Notes under the pieces: generated by a model
Databases searched by the model: none
Seen by the model: the letters and a program-made list of their open reading frames with translations, nothing else
What the model was told of the DNA's origin: nothing
NCBI GenBank assembly: GCA_043821645.1
Contig: JBDRCO010000063.1
Span: 1 to 64,000, forward strand
Reading direction: 5' to 3'
Source of the DNA: Pseudomonadota bacterium
GTDB taxonomy: Bacteria > Myxococcota > JACRCW01 > JAFGSX01
DNA length: 64,000 nt
Program-made: the position numbers and the translations under genes
Shown here: in pieces, positions 1 to 11,278 of the stretch
How the letters are laid out: each line of letters opens with the position of its first letter
Numbering within the stretch: position 1 is the first letter of the stretch

Positions 1-170
1 CAGAGGGGGCGTGCCGAACGCCTCCCTTGACAGTGCTGCCAGGGGTGAATGCGGCGGGACCTGCGCCCGACGCAGAGGGGGCGTGCCGAACGCCTCCCTT
101 GACAGTGCTGCCAGGGGTGAATGCGGCGGGACCTGCGCCCGACGCAGAGGGGGCGTGCCGAACGCCCCCT
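1..170. repeat. 72-bp tandem repeat (2 identical units plus a partial third), REP-like hairpins; may extend left of the window
   Basis: 1-72 and 73-144 are identical. 145-170 repeats the first 26 nt as a perfect hairpin, AGGGGGCGT-gccga-ACGCCCCCT. No variable spacers. Confidence 0.9.
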
Positions 171-296
171 TAAAACAAAAGAGACCCGCACCCGCTCCAC
201 GTCGGAGGAGGCCGTGCACATCAAGTTGAGCCGTTTGCTGTGCTGCGTGGAGCGAGCGAGGTCCGGTCGACGGTGATCGCCAGTGACCCTGTGTCG

Positions 297-650
297 CTAC
301 TTCTTCTTGGCGGGCTTCTTCGCCTTCTTCGCCGCCTTCTTGGCAGGCTTCTTCGCCTTGGCCTTCTTGGCCGGCTTCTTCGCCTTCTTGGCTGCCTTCT
401 TGGCCGCCTTCTTCTTGCGGGCGGTGCCGCCGCGAGACATCTTGGTCCGCGACACGTCGCCTTCCTTGTCGATGAAGTACAGGTAGCCGTCCTCGCGCTT
501 CACGCCGGTCTTGGCCACCTTCTCGGGCTTGCCCTTCTTGCGCTCACCGCCGCGAACCATACGGGCGCGGGCGACGTCGCCTTCCTTGTCCAGGTAGTAC
601 AGCCAGCCCTGCTCTCTCTTGATACCAGCCTTGGCAACCTTCTGAGCCAT
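297..650 (-). CDS. Small basic protein: two tandem 40-aa modules plus a histone H1-like Lys/Ala/Pro tail (putative nucleoid-associated protein)
   Basis: ATG at 650 preceded by AGAAGGAG RBS. KVAKxGxKRExGxLYxxDKEGDVxRxxMxRGG occurs twice with 40-aa period, followed by a KKAAKKAKKPAKK tail. Confidence 0.8.
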   Translation of the reverse strand: MAQKVAKAGIKREQGWLYYLDKEGDVARARMVRGGERKKGKPEKVAKTGVKREDGYLYFIDKEGDVSRTKMSRGGTARKKKAAKKAAKKAKKPAKKAKAKKPAKKAAKKAKKPAKKK

Positions 651-737
651 CCGAGTCTCCTTCTGTGCTCCCCCGAGGAGCATTCCGTGGGCGCCTCCTC
701 CATTCACAAGTCAGGTGCCCGGCGATCACCGCGGCGC

Positions 738-765
738 AGTATAGCACCACTGATGATTGCACCAA
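738..765 (-). promoter_or_regulatory. Putative sigma70 promoter for the histone-like gene
   Basis: Minus strand TTGGTG-16nt-TATACT with extended -10 (TGcTATACT), about 90 nt upstream of the ATG. Confidence 0.45.
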
Positions 766-1224
766 GCAAAAAATCACCACGCTCTCGACGAGAACAGGCC
801 AGCTAACTAGATGGCGGGTGTCAACCTGTTCGGGGTCTCCTGAGCGGGCTTCAACAGCGGCCAGGCCGCCCCAGCGACGGAGAAACACTTTTATCGAAAA
901 CGCTTTTGTTGTGCCGAGTTGCGCCAGAAAGTGAAACCTCGTCGAGAATCTAATAAGCCGCTGTTTTTGCTCCGTCGGGGCCCCGTCGAGCCCTCCTCGG
1001 AGCCATTTCTGTATGGATCCGTCCCCGAGCCCACCTCCAGCGGGAGGTCGCTCGCCGAATATCCGTCGAGACCTCGACGAGGCCTGGCGGGGTCCGGCAC
1101 ACATCGGGCGAGATCTGGAGTGCGTGGCGACGAGTCACGTCGGAGTTCACGCGGAAGATGGTCCCGGCCACAAGGGTGCAGGAGCTGGTTGCCGCCGCCA
1201 CCGTGGTCGTGGTACCCAGGCCCC

Positions 1225-2259
1225 ATGAAACTTTCCTCCATCGTCGGCCAGCAATCGGTCGTCGAGCGCCTGCATCGCGCCATCGAGCGTGATCGCCTGG
1301 CGCACGGCTACCTCTTCGTGGGTGCGGACGGAACGGGGCGCGAAGCCGTCGCCCGGGGTCTGGCAGCCCGGGTGCTGTGCGAGCAGCCCGCGGGGATGGA
1401 TGCGTGCGAGCAGTGCTCATCCTGCCGTCGTATGCAGGCCGGGTCCCACGCCGATCTGCAGGTTCTGCTCACCGAGGCCGAGTCCGTGCGACGTGCACTT
1501 GCCGAACCCGAGGGGGGCCGTAACCCCTCCCCGGAGATCCGCATCGAGGCGGTGCGCGAGCTCTGCCGCCGCCTGCGCATGCACGCCTACGAGGGCCGTG
1601 CGCGGGTGGGTATCGTGGTCGGCGCACACAGGCTTCGCGTGGAGGCGGCCAACGCCCTGCTGAAGACCCTGGAGGAACCTGCCCCGGGGACCTTGCTCAT
1701 CCTGATAGCACCGGGTCCCAGGGCCGTGCTCGACACTTTGCGCTCACGCTGCCAGGTCGTGCGCTATTCACCCCTCAGTGTGGAAACCCTCGCTGAGGAG
1801 CTGGCACGACGCGGTGGTGGCGATGCCGTGGCCCTGCGCCGGGTGGCCGAACGCGCCGAGGGCAGCCTGCAACGCGCCCTCGAGCTGCACGCCGAGGACC
1901 TGAGCCAGCGCCACGATCAGTGCCGTGCTTTCCTCGACGCCGCGGCCCTGCCCGATGCAGCCCTGGTGCAAGATCTCGTCGGGACGATGACCCGAGATCG
2001 CGATGCGGCCCTCGAGCACCTGGCCGAGCTTGCCCGGGTCCTTCACGACGCCATGGTCCGGGCCAGCCATCAGGGTATCCTCGACAGCATCGATCGCCTG
2101 GGCCGGTCCCACGCGGAGGTCCTGGTCACCGAGCGCGCGGTGAGAGGCAATGCCATGGCAGCGCTGGCTCTCGAGGCCCTTGCGGTGCGGCTTCTTCCCC
2201 TGTTGAATGGCACCGACCTGGGCGGCCTGGAGGCGCCTGAACGAGGAGCACATGTCTGA
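1225..2259 (+). CDS. holB: DNA polymerase III subunit delta-prime
   Basis: MKLSSIVGQ...LAHGYLFVG, Zn module C..CEQCSSC, HADL, AANALLKTLEEP, SRC motif. Start moved to ATG 1225. Confidence 0.92.
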   Translation: MKLSSIVGQQSVVERLHRAIERDRLAHGYLFVGADGTGREAVARGLAARVLCEQPAGMDACEQCSSCRRMQAGSHADLQVLLTEAESVRRALAEPEGGRNPSPEIRIEAVRELCRRLRMHAYEGRARVGIVVGAHRLRVEAANALLKTLEEPAPGTLLILIAPGPRAVLDTLRSRCQVVRYSPLSVETLAEELARRGGGDAVALRRVAERAEGSLQRALELHAEDLSQRHDQCRAFLDAAALPDAALVQDLVGTMTRDRDAALEHLAELARVLHDAMVRASHQGILDSIDRLGRSHAEVLVTERAVRGNAMAALALEALAVRLLPLLNGTDLGGLEAPERGAHV

Positions 2260-2869
2260 CACGAGTTCACAACCCTCGGCCCGGAACTACCTGGTCGCCG
2301 CCGCCATCCTGCTCATCCTGCCCGCTGCCTCCTTCGTCATCGGGCGACTCAACACGCCCAGACCCATGAGCCTGGTCAAGACCCGGGCCGCAGTGGACCG
2401 CGATGGATTGAAAGGTACAGTTCTTCTGGATGCCCTGCCGTCAACGGTACAGCAGCCCATGACAGCAAACCTCGAGGACAAGATCGAGGTCCTGGGGTTG
2501 TCGGTGGACAAGCCATCTGCCCTTCAAGGCGAGCGCGTCGAGTTCACGTACTACTTCCGCGCGCTGTCCGACATCGACGAAGACTGGCAGATCTTCGGCC
2601 ACATCGACGGCATCAACAATGTGTACCGGATTCACGCCGACCACTACCCGGTCAACGGCAACTACACGACCGATCTTTGGTTGAAGGGCGAGATCGTCGC
2701 GGATACCTACGTCAAGTACATCCCGCTCGATGCGCCGAGTGGCCGCTATGACGTGTGGATAGGCTTCTACATCGGTGACAGTCGGCTCAAGCTCAAGAAT
2801 CCGGACAAGGTCACCACCGATGGTTCGAACCGCGTCAAGGTCGGCCAGTTCACGGTCGGGAGTCCGTGA
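2252..2869 (+). CDS. Membrane-anchored hypothetical protein with a beta-sandwich (Ig-like) extracytoplasmic domain
   Basis: GAGGAG RBS, overlaps the holB stop, one N-terminal TM (YLVAAAILLILPAASFVIG), W.KGEIV.D...IPLDAPSGRYDVWIGFY pattern. Confidence 0.7.
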   Translation: MSDTSSQPSARNYLVAAAILLILPAASFVIGRLNTPRPMSLVKTRAAVDRDGLKGTVLLDALPSTVQQPMTANLEDKIEVLGLSVDKPSALQGERVEFTYYFRALSDIDEDWQIFGHIDGINNVYRIHADHYPVNGNYTTDLWLKGEIVADTYVKYIPLDAPSGRYDVWIGFYIGDSRLKLKNPDKVTTDGSNRVKVGQFTVGSP

Positions 2870-3492
2870 GCCCGCGGCTCCTGACCAGGCACCTGGTTGC
2901 CTTTGACCTCGGGGGCGTGCTCTACGACATCGACATTCTGCGTTGCGCTCGCAGTGCCCGGGAGACTCTGGGTGTGGCGGGGCCTGCCCTGGAACACGCC
3001 GTATTCGGCGAGGGTCTGTGGCAGCGGCTGGAGGTCGGCCGTGTGGATGGCGACACCTTTCTGCGGCAGGTGCTGACTCGCCTCGACGTCCCGGTCTCGA
3101 CGGAGAATGTGGCAAAACTGAAACATGCCTGGTGCTCGATCATCAAACTCAGAGCTGGAGCCACGTCCCTGCTCGCACGGGTTCGTGTGCCCTGCGACGT
3201 GTGGTCCAACACCGATCCCATCCATGCCGGGGTGGTGCGGGAAACCCAGGAACTGGCGCGCCACGTCGAGCGCTGGGCACTGTCGTATCGACTCGGCGTC
3301 GAGAAACCCTGCGCAGATTTTTTTCAGCAAGCACTCGAACTGGCCGACCTGCCACCCTGGCGTGCGGTCTATGTCGATGACCGTGGCGAGAACGTGGCCC
3401 AGGCCCGGGCCCTGGGAGTGGATGCCTTCGTCGCGACCTCCCTGGGCATGGTCCAGCAAGGTCTGGCTGCACGAGGGTTGCTCAGACCCTGA
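2866..3492 (+). CDS. HAD-family hydrolase (YihX-like)
   Basis: Motif I FDLGGVL, motif II WSNT, EKP, motif IV YVDD...NVAQARALG; GTGA overlap with the upstream gene. Confidence 0.85.
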   Translation: MSPRLLTRHLVAFDLGGVLYDIDILRCARSARETLGVAGPALEHAVFGEGLWQRLEVGRVDGDTFLRQVLTRLDVPVSTENVAKLKHAWCSIIKLRAGATSLLARVRVPCDVWSNTDPIHAGVVRETQELARHVERWALSYRLGVEKPCADFFQQALELADLPPWRAVYVDDRGENVAQARALGVDAFVATSLGMVQQGLAARGLLRP

Positions 3493-3587
3493 TGTCCTTT
3501 CACGCAGGATGTGGGATGGCCGGTGCACCAACCCCGTGGTAGAACCGCAGGCCGGGATCCGGTCCACTGCTCACAGGAGTGCATGCG

Positions 3588-5198
<1,611 letters not shown>

Positions 5199-5259
5199 TC
5201 TCATGAGGCCTGTGGCCAAGAGGGCGAAGGGGCCCACCCAGGGCCAGGTGGAGACAACC

Positions 5260-8200
5260 ATGAAGCACCATGCTGGGGCCCTTCTCGTCGTCGTGGCACT
5301 GCTCGGGACGACGGCCTGTTCTGCGCCGGAGCGTGCCAGCGCCTTCCGCATCACGTCGCGCGATCAACTCATCGGTGGCCCGGGTGCCCTGGGCGACCTC
5401 GGCGACTACCTGCTCGAGAACGGCAAGATCCGGGTCATCATCCAGGACGTCGGTTTCTCCCGAGGCTTCGCCGTGTTCGGCGGTGGGCTCATCGACGCGG
5501 ACCTGGTGCGGCCGCAGTCGAACAAGGGGAGCCAGGGAGGCAATGGCAAGGACCTGATGGGCGAGATGTTCCCGGCATTCTTCCTCGAGGCCCTGGACCC
5601 CAAGACCGTCACGGTGGTCAACGACGGCACCGATGGTGAGCCTGCCATGGTGCGGGTTGCTGGACGAGGCAACGAGTTCCTCGCCATGACAGAGTTCTTG
5701 CTCAAGACCGTCCTCGATCCCGAGACCCTGCGCTTCGAGACCGACTACGTGCTCAAGCCTGGCGCGAACTACGTCGAGATCACCTCCCGGGTGATCAACG
5801 ACGACGCACGCGGCTACGCTCACGAGTTTCACAACATCGAGTTCAGCGGCACCAGTGTTCCCATCCCGATGGGCGACGCCCTTCTGTTCAGCGAAAAGAC
5901 GCCCACCTTCGTCCCCGGAGACGGCGGATTCGATCAACGCATGCAGCTCGAGGAACGTTATGGCGTGCCCATCCAGCTCCCGGCCCTGCCCGGACTTGTC
6001 GCCGAGTTCCTGGCCGCAACCGGCGAGGGGGTGAGCTACGGTCTGCTCCCGGCCCGCGCCGGCGACAGCAACTTCGTCCACAAGAACAGAGATCTGTACG
6101 CCAACTACCCGGGGCAACCCAGCGACCACTCGCTGGTGGTCCCGTTCACCGCCAGCTCGCTGATGCCGGCCTACTATGCCTATCCCCCGGAGCTGCTCCC
6201 CTCCGGGGAAGCCTTCGAGTTCAAGCGCTACTTCATCGTCGGCAGCGGCGACGTTGCGAGCGTTGCGGACACGGTGCATACGATCCTGGGCGATGCCACG
6301 GGGACTTTTTCGGGTCGGGTTCTCGAGAAGCCGTCCCTGCGGCCAATGGCACAGGCGTCGGTGCTGATCCTCAACGGTCTGGGTTCCCCCGTCGACCAGG
6401 TGCTGACCGATGACGACGGATTGTTTCGCTGCACCCTGCGTCCGGGGACCTACAGCGCCACCATCGTTGCGGACAAGCGACGGGTCCCCGGCCCCACGCC
6501 GTTTGCCATCGAGGCCGGACGCGGCACCTACCAGGAGTTCTTTGTCGACGCACCGGCGCGCCTGGTGGTCAACGTCACGGACGCCGATGGCCGTCGTATC
6601 CCCGCCCGCGCCACCCTGGTCGGCACCACGGACGAGCGCGACATCGGTGTGCCACACCACAAGTCTGTCTACCTGGCCGCGCTGGGGGAGTCCTTCCGCT
6701 TCACGGACATGGTCGAGGACACCGCCGACCCCGAGACCCGGCGCTACATCGAGGCCATGCTCACGGGCACCCATGGCAGCATCGTGGGCGAGGCACGGCC
6801 GGGTCGCTACCAGGTGTACATCTCCCGGGGGCCCGAGTATGCGGTCAGCGTGGCGGACGTCGAGCTCAAGGCCGACCAGGTCGTCACCGTGGCCGCCCGG
6901 CTCGAGCGGGTGGTCGACACCAGCGGCTACATCTCGGCCGATTTCCACCTGCATAGCCAGGGCAGCATCGATTCGGCAGCCTGGCTGGTCCCCAGGGTGA
7001 TCGATGCAGCAGCGGAGGGGCTCGAGGTGGCCGTGTCCACCGACCACAACTACATCGTGGACTACAGCCCGACCATCGCAGCCCAGGAACTGCAACCCTG
7101 GCTCTACAGCATCGTCGGCATCGAGCTGACCACCCTCGAGATGGGGCACTTCAATGCCTTCCCGCTACGCTACCAAACAGGGCCCATCACCCATGGTGCC
7201 TTTGAGTGGGCGGGGCGCAATGCCGGGGTCATCTTCGACAAGCTGCGCGAGGCCGGGGACAGCCGCACCCTGGTGCAGGTCAATCACCCACGCGACACGA
7301 TCCTGGGCTACTTCTACCAGTTCCGCTTCGACAACGAGCGCGTCGAGGTCGATGGTCAGAGCGGTCTGATCGCACCCAATCCCGAGTCCCATCCGGAGTT
7401 CATGGCCGAGAACTTCTCCTGGAACTTCGACGCCATCGAGGTCATCAACGGCAAGCACATCGAGCAGGTGCACGACTTCCGGGTGCCGGATCCGCTGCCG
7501 CCGCCGCCCCTCCCAGCAGTCATCCCGCCGGCTGGCGAGGTCCTGCGCGACGAGAATGGCCAGATCGCCTTCTTTGGCGTGGCCGACGACTGGATGAGCC
7601 TGCTCGAGTCCGGTCGCGTCTTCACCGGAACCGCCAACAGCGATTCGCACACCACACACAAGGCCGAGACCGGCTACCCGCGCACCTACGTGCGCGTACC
7701 CGACGACGATCCCGCCAAGGTCCGCGCCGATGACATCATCGCAGGCCTGCGCGCACACGACGTCATCATGACCCATTGCCCCTTCGTCACCCTCCGCGTC
7801 GGCGATGTGGGCATCGGAGGCACAGCACACGCCGTGAACGGCAGGATAGGTGTGGATGTCGACGTGCAGACCGCCAGCTGGTGCAGGCCGGACCGGGTCA
7901 ACATCTACCTCGGCAAGAGGCTGATGGCCGAGGTTGCCATCCCCCTCGAACAGGCGAGGCACTTCACCACCCACGTCGATCTGCCGCTGCAGGGCGACAG
8001 CTTCGTGATCGCCGAAGTGGTCGGCAGTCACAGCACCTTCCCGGTGCTCCCCGGCGAGGAGGTGCCCTCCATCGACCTGAACAAGGCGCTCTCCTCCCTG
8101 GGTGACAGCCTCGGTCTCAGCTTCGACAACTTCGGTAACCTGCGCCCGGCACGCGGCCACCCCATGGTTGCCTTTGCCCTGACCAACCCCATCTTCATTG

Positions 8201-8412
8201 ACGCCGATGGCGACGGAGACTGGGAGCCCGTGCGCAGCTCGAGCTCGCCGCTGACCTCGCCGCCACCCGCGGCCCCCGGGTCCGGCCGGGGCAAGAAAGG
8301 GCAATCGCTGCTACCACCAGGCGCGGCGGTCCGGCATCCCTACTTTGCGATCCCGGCGAAGCCCTCACGAAGCGACATCCGTCGCGTCTTCCTGTCCTAC
8401 GGCCGCCACTGA
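5260..8412 (+). CDS. Large lipoprotein with carboxypeptidase-regulatory-like domains and a PHP (CehA/McbA-like) metallohydrolase domain
   Basis: Lipobox LLGTTAC; PHP motifs ADFHLHS, STDHN, GIELT..GHFNAF, QVNHP, NSDSH. Confidence 0.8.
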   Translation: MKHHAGALLVVVALLGTTACSAPERASAFRITSRDQLIGGPGALGDLGDYLLENGKIRVIIQDVGFSRGFAVFGGGLIDADLVRPQSNKGSQGGNGKDLMGEMFPAFFLEALDPKTVTVVNDGTDGEPAMVRVAGRGNEFLAMTEFLLKTVLDPETLRFETDYVLKPGANYVEITSRVINDDARGYAHEFHNIEFSGTSVPIPMGDALLFSEKTPTFVPGDGGFDQRMQLEERYGVPIQLPALPGLVAEFLAATGEGVSYGLLPARAGDSNFVHKNRDLYANYPGQPSDHSLVVPFTASSLMPAYYAYPPELLPSGEAFEFKRYFIVGSGDVASVADTVHTILGDATGTFSGRVLEKPSLRPMAQASVLILNGLGSPVDQVLTDDDGLFRCTLRPGTYSATIVADKRRVPGPTPFAIEAGRGTYQEFFVDAPARLVVNVTDADGRRIPARATLVGTTDERDIGVPHHKSVYLAALGESFRFTDMVEDTADPETRRYIEAMLTGTHGSIVGEARPGRYQVYISRGPEYAVSVADVELKADQVVTVAARLERVVDTSGYISADFHLHSQGSIDSAAWLVPRVIDAAAEGLEVAVSTDHNYIVDYSPTIAAQELQPWLYSIVGIELTTLEMGHFNAFPLRYQTGPITHGAFEWAGRNAGVIFDKLREAGDSRTLVQVNHPRDTILGYFYQFRFDNERVEVDGQSGLIAPNPESHPEFMAENFSWNFDAIEVINGKHIEQVHDFRVPDPLPPPPLPAVIPPAGEVLRDENGQIAFFGVADDWMSLLESGRVFTGTANSDSHTTHKAETGYPRTYVRVPDDDPAKVRADDIIAGLRAHDVIMTHCPFVTLRVGDVGIGGTAHAVNGRIGVDVDVQTASWCRPDRVNIYLGKRLMAEVAIPLEQARHFTTHVDLPLQGDSFVIAEVVGSHSTFPVLPGEEVPSIDLNKALSSLGDSLGLSFDNFGNLRPARGHPMVAFALTNPIFIDADGDGDWEPVRSSSSPLTSPPPAAPGSGRGKKGQSLLPPGAAVRHPYFAIPAKPSRSDIRRVFLSYGRH

Positions 8413-8532
8413 GCCCGGTCCGTGATCGGAGTCCCCCTCGGGTAGGGTCCTGCGCCTCGCACACCGGCGTGACCTGGCTCGCGATCCGAGATAACCTGAT
8501 GCTTTGACGTGCTTGACGACGAGGGTTGCCGC

Positions 8533-10455
8533 ATGCCCAAAGACCCTGTGATCGAAGAGCTGCCGCTGGATGCCCTGACCCCGGTTCAGGCCCCCACCTC
8601 GCCGGCTGCTGGACAGCCACGCCCATCCGGCCAGGCACCGCTTCCCGGAAGCGGTCCGGCCCCGACGAGGAATGCACCCCTGCCCGGTTCTGCAGTCCCT
8701 GCTCCGCGCCCTGCCGCACCACCGACCGGCCAGGCACCGCTCCCCGGAAGCGGTCCGGCTCCGACGAGGAACGCACCCCTGCCCGGTTCTGCGGTCCCGG
8801 CTCCGCGGCCTGCCGCACCACCGACCGGCCAGGCACCGCTCCCCGGCAGTGGTCCGGCTCCGACGAGAAATGCCCCCCTGCCAGGCTCCGCGGTGCCGCC
8901 ACCCAAGCCCGTGGTCCCGCCGCCCCCGGCAGGGCAGGCGCCTCTTCCCGGAAGTGCTCCTCCGCCCGCCAAGGCACCACCACCGCCCGCGCCGGTGCCC
9001 GTGGAAGCAGCGGCGGCGATCGCAGCCACGACGTCGGCGGCCGACAGCGAAGAGGATCTGCTGGCGTCGCTGGATCTTGCGGAACTCGCTGCCGATGCCG
9101 CCACCACGCCGGCTCCTCCGCCGGAGCCCGTGACGACGGCGAAGCCAGCCGCCCCGGCAGGCTCGACCGCGGACACGACCAGCGAGTCTTCAGCACCAGC
9201 ACGCGCCAAGATCGAAATCGGCGAGGACCCCCTCGCCGGCAAGGCCGTCCGCGAGCCCCTGCCCGCAGGCTTCATCTCGGACGCCCAGAAGAAGCATGTG
9301 GATCCCGCGACGCCGCCCAAGGCACGCATGCTGGCCGCCCGCGCCATGGTCCCCATGTCACCGCGCGACCAGGTCCACGTCCTGTACCAGCTCACCTATG
9401 ACGAGCACCCCAAGGTCGCGGCGGCTGCCGAGGAAACCCTGGCCAAGTTGCCCGAACGCATCCTCGACGGCGTCGTCGGCGACAACAGGGTGGCACCCCA
9501 GGTTCTGGCTGCGCTGGCCGAAGCGGTGCTCCCCAACCAACCGCTCAGTGAGAAGCTCCTGATCAACCCCTCGACGCCAGACGCGGTGTACGTGATCTTC
9601 GCCGAGCGTACGGGCTTCGAGGCCGTCGTCGAGATCGTGGCGAACAACCAGCAGCGGCTCTTGCGCAATCAGGACATCGTACGCGCCCTCAAGCGCAACG
9701 AGGCGACCCTCAAGTCCACTCTCGAACGTGTCGTCGACTTCATGGTCCGCAACGGTGTGCTGCTGCGGGACATGTTCGAGTTCTCCGAGTCCTTCTCTCG
9801 CCTCAACCAGAAGGAACTCGAAGAAGCGATCGCCGAGGTGGAGGTGCCCTTCGAGCTGCTCTCTCCCGAGGAGCAGCAGCGCCTCAAGCTCCTGGGCCGT
9901 GGGCCCACTCATGCTCCCCAGATCGACCTGGCCGAGCTCGAGCGTCTGGCGGCCATGGACGATGGCATGTCCCTCGAGGACATGGACCTCCTGGCCCAGG
10001 CCGAGGATTCCGAATCCGGAGATGGCGACGAGAACAAGAAGAAGTCTGCCCTCGAGCTGCTGCGCACCATGACCGTGGCTCAGCAGGTCAAGCTGGCCAT
10101 GGTGGGCAACAAGGAGGTTCGCAGCCTGCTCCTGCGCTCGACCGTGCGCATGGTGGCCGAGGCGGCAATTCGCTCACCCAAGATCACCGAGATGGAGGTG
10201 ATCGCGGCCTCGACGTCGCGCTCGGTGCAGGACTCGGTGATTCGCCTGATCGCCTCCAACCGCGAGTGGACGCGCATGTATCAGGTCAAGATCTCCCTGT
10301 GCAACAACCCCAAGACCCCACTCTCTTTCACCATGAGCTTCCTGCGCGGCCTGCGTCTGCACGACCTCAAGTCCATCGCCAAGTCCAAGAACATCCCCTC
10401 GGCGTTGACCGAGCAGGCCAAGCGACTGCTCAATCAGAAGGGCGGCGCTGGCTGA
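8533..10455 (+). CDS. Conserved hypothetical protein: Pro-rich repeat N-terminus and helical (HEAT-like) C-terminal domains
   Basis: Long ORF with genome-typical codon bias. C-terminal MTVAQQVKLAMVGNKEVRSLL...NREWTR.YQVK..L.NNPKTP resembles a deltaproteobacterial hypothetical family (from memory). Confidence 0.75.
   Translation: MPKDPVIEELPLDALTPVQAPTSPAAGQPRPSGQAPLPGSGPAPTRNAPLPGSAVPAPRPAAPPTGQAPLPGSGPAPTRNAPLPGSAVPAPRPAAPPTGQAPLPGSGPAPTRNAPLPGSAVPPPKPVVPPPPAGQAPLPGSAPPPAKAPPPPAPVPVEAAAAIAATTSAADSEEDLLASLDLAELAADAATTPAPPPEPVTTAKPAAPAGSTADTTSESSAPARAKIEIGEDPLAGKAVREPLPAGFISDAQKKHVDPATPPKARMLAARAMVPMSPRDQVHVLYQLTYDEHPKVAAAAEETLAKLPERILDGVVGDNRVAPQVLAALAEAVLPNQPLSEKLLINPSTPDAVYVIFAERTGFEAVVEIVANNQQRLLRNQDIVRALKRNEATLKSTLERVVDFMVRNGVLLRDMFEFSESFSRLNQKELEEAIAEVEVPFELLSPEEQQRLKLLGRGPTHAPQIDLAELERLAAMDDGMSLEDMDLLAQAEDSESGDGDENKKKSALELLRTMTVAQQVKLAMVGNKEVRSLLLRSTVRMVAEAAIRSPKITEMEVIAASTSRSVQDSVIRLIASNREWTRMYQVKISLCNNPKTPLSFTMSFLRGLRLHDLKSIAKSKNIPSALTEQAKRLLNQKGGAG
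8629..8960 (+). repeat. 99-bp in-frame tandem repeat (33 aa, GQAPLPGSGPAPTRNAPLPGSAVPAPRPAAPPT)
   Basis: Units start at 8629, 8728 and 8827, plus a partial fourth GQAPLPGS near 8932; copies differ mainly at synonymous sites. Confidence 0.9.
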
Positions 10456-10488
10456 AAATGGGTCCAGGTCTTGGACTCAGGGCGTGGC

Positions 10489-11088
10489 TCAGGCTCCCGA
10501 GGCAGGCCTGTATTCCGAGTCCGTGATCAGATCTTCCATCCGTTTCCACAGCTCGCTCACGTCGTTGGTCAGGATCCACACGTCCCGGGGTCGGCCCCTG
10601 CGGTCACGTGCCCGGCTCTTGAGGGTTGCCTCGACGTGAAAGCCGAGGGTCTCGAAGGCCCGGCGGGCGCCATCCTGTCCCTCGAGCACTTGCGCCTCGA
10701 TGATTTCCAGGTTGGTGTTCACGGCGCGAGCCACCAGCGCCTTCAGGATGGCCTGACCAACTCCCTGGCGTTGCCAGTCCGGCGCCACGACCAGGCGCAC
10801 CTCTCCGACGTGAGGGCTCCACCCTCGCTGGTTGCGATGCAGGGTCCCGTCGCCGATGACGGTGTCGCCGTGCAAGGCCAGCAGTGCAAAAACGTTGTCA
10901 GGATCTGAGTCCCGGAACCACGCCCGGATCACCTCCGGGTCTTTCACGTCGTGACGCAGGTACTGCAAGTCCTCTTCCGGCTGCCCGGCAAAGAAGCGAA
11001 TCAGCCTGTCCTCGTCGCCACTCTGTGCCGGACGCAAGGTGATCTCCTTGCCACCACGCACAGACACCTGCTGCGGATACGTCGCCAT
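10489..11088 (-). CDS. GNAT-family N-acetyltransferase
   Basis: VVAPDWQRQGVGQAIL acetyl-CoA motif A, ARRAFETLGF; GAGGAGG RBS before ATG 11088. Confidence 0.85.
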   Translation of the reverse strand: MATYPQQVSVRGGKEITLRPAQSGDEDRLIRFFAGQPEEDLQYLRHDVKDPEVIRAWFRDSDPDNVFALLALHGDTVIGDGTLHRNQRGWSPHVGEVRLVVAPDWQRQGVGQAILKALVARAVNTNLEIIEAQVLEGQDGARRAFETLGFHVEATLKSRARDRRGRPRDVWILTNDVSELWKRMEDLITDSEYRPASGA

Positions 11089-11278
11089 TCGCGCCTCCTC
11101 TCGCGAGGGGGGATCGGGTCGTTCACGTCGAGACCTACTCCCGCCTGAACGGCTCCCGGAGTTGCCCCTCGCCTCCGCCGGAAGTCGAACCCCGATCGGG
11201 GTTGTATGGACAGGAGAATAGCAGGATGCGAGGTCGCGCACACCTGGACCGCGGTGGGGCAGCGCGTCGTGGAGCTGA

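Noticed and set aside
1-170. CRISPR array (palindromic ~26-nt repeat with ~46-nt intervals)
   Set aside because: The intervening sequences are identical and there are no cas genes in the window; it is a tandem repeat
283-486. Hydrophobic Phe/Ala/Leu-rich ORF resembling a membrane peptide
   Set aside because: Antisense shadow of the Lys/Ala codons of the histone-like gene
905-930. Sigma54 promoter on the minus strand (CTGGCGCAACTCGGCA)
   Set aside because: GG-to-GC spacing is 9 nt, not the required 10
919-1224. N-terminal extension of holB or a separate upstream gene (e.g. tmk)
   Set aside because: The translation is low-complexity Arg/Pro/Ser with no motifs; the family-like sequence starts at ATG 1225
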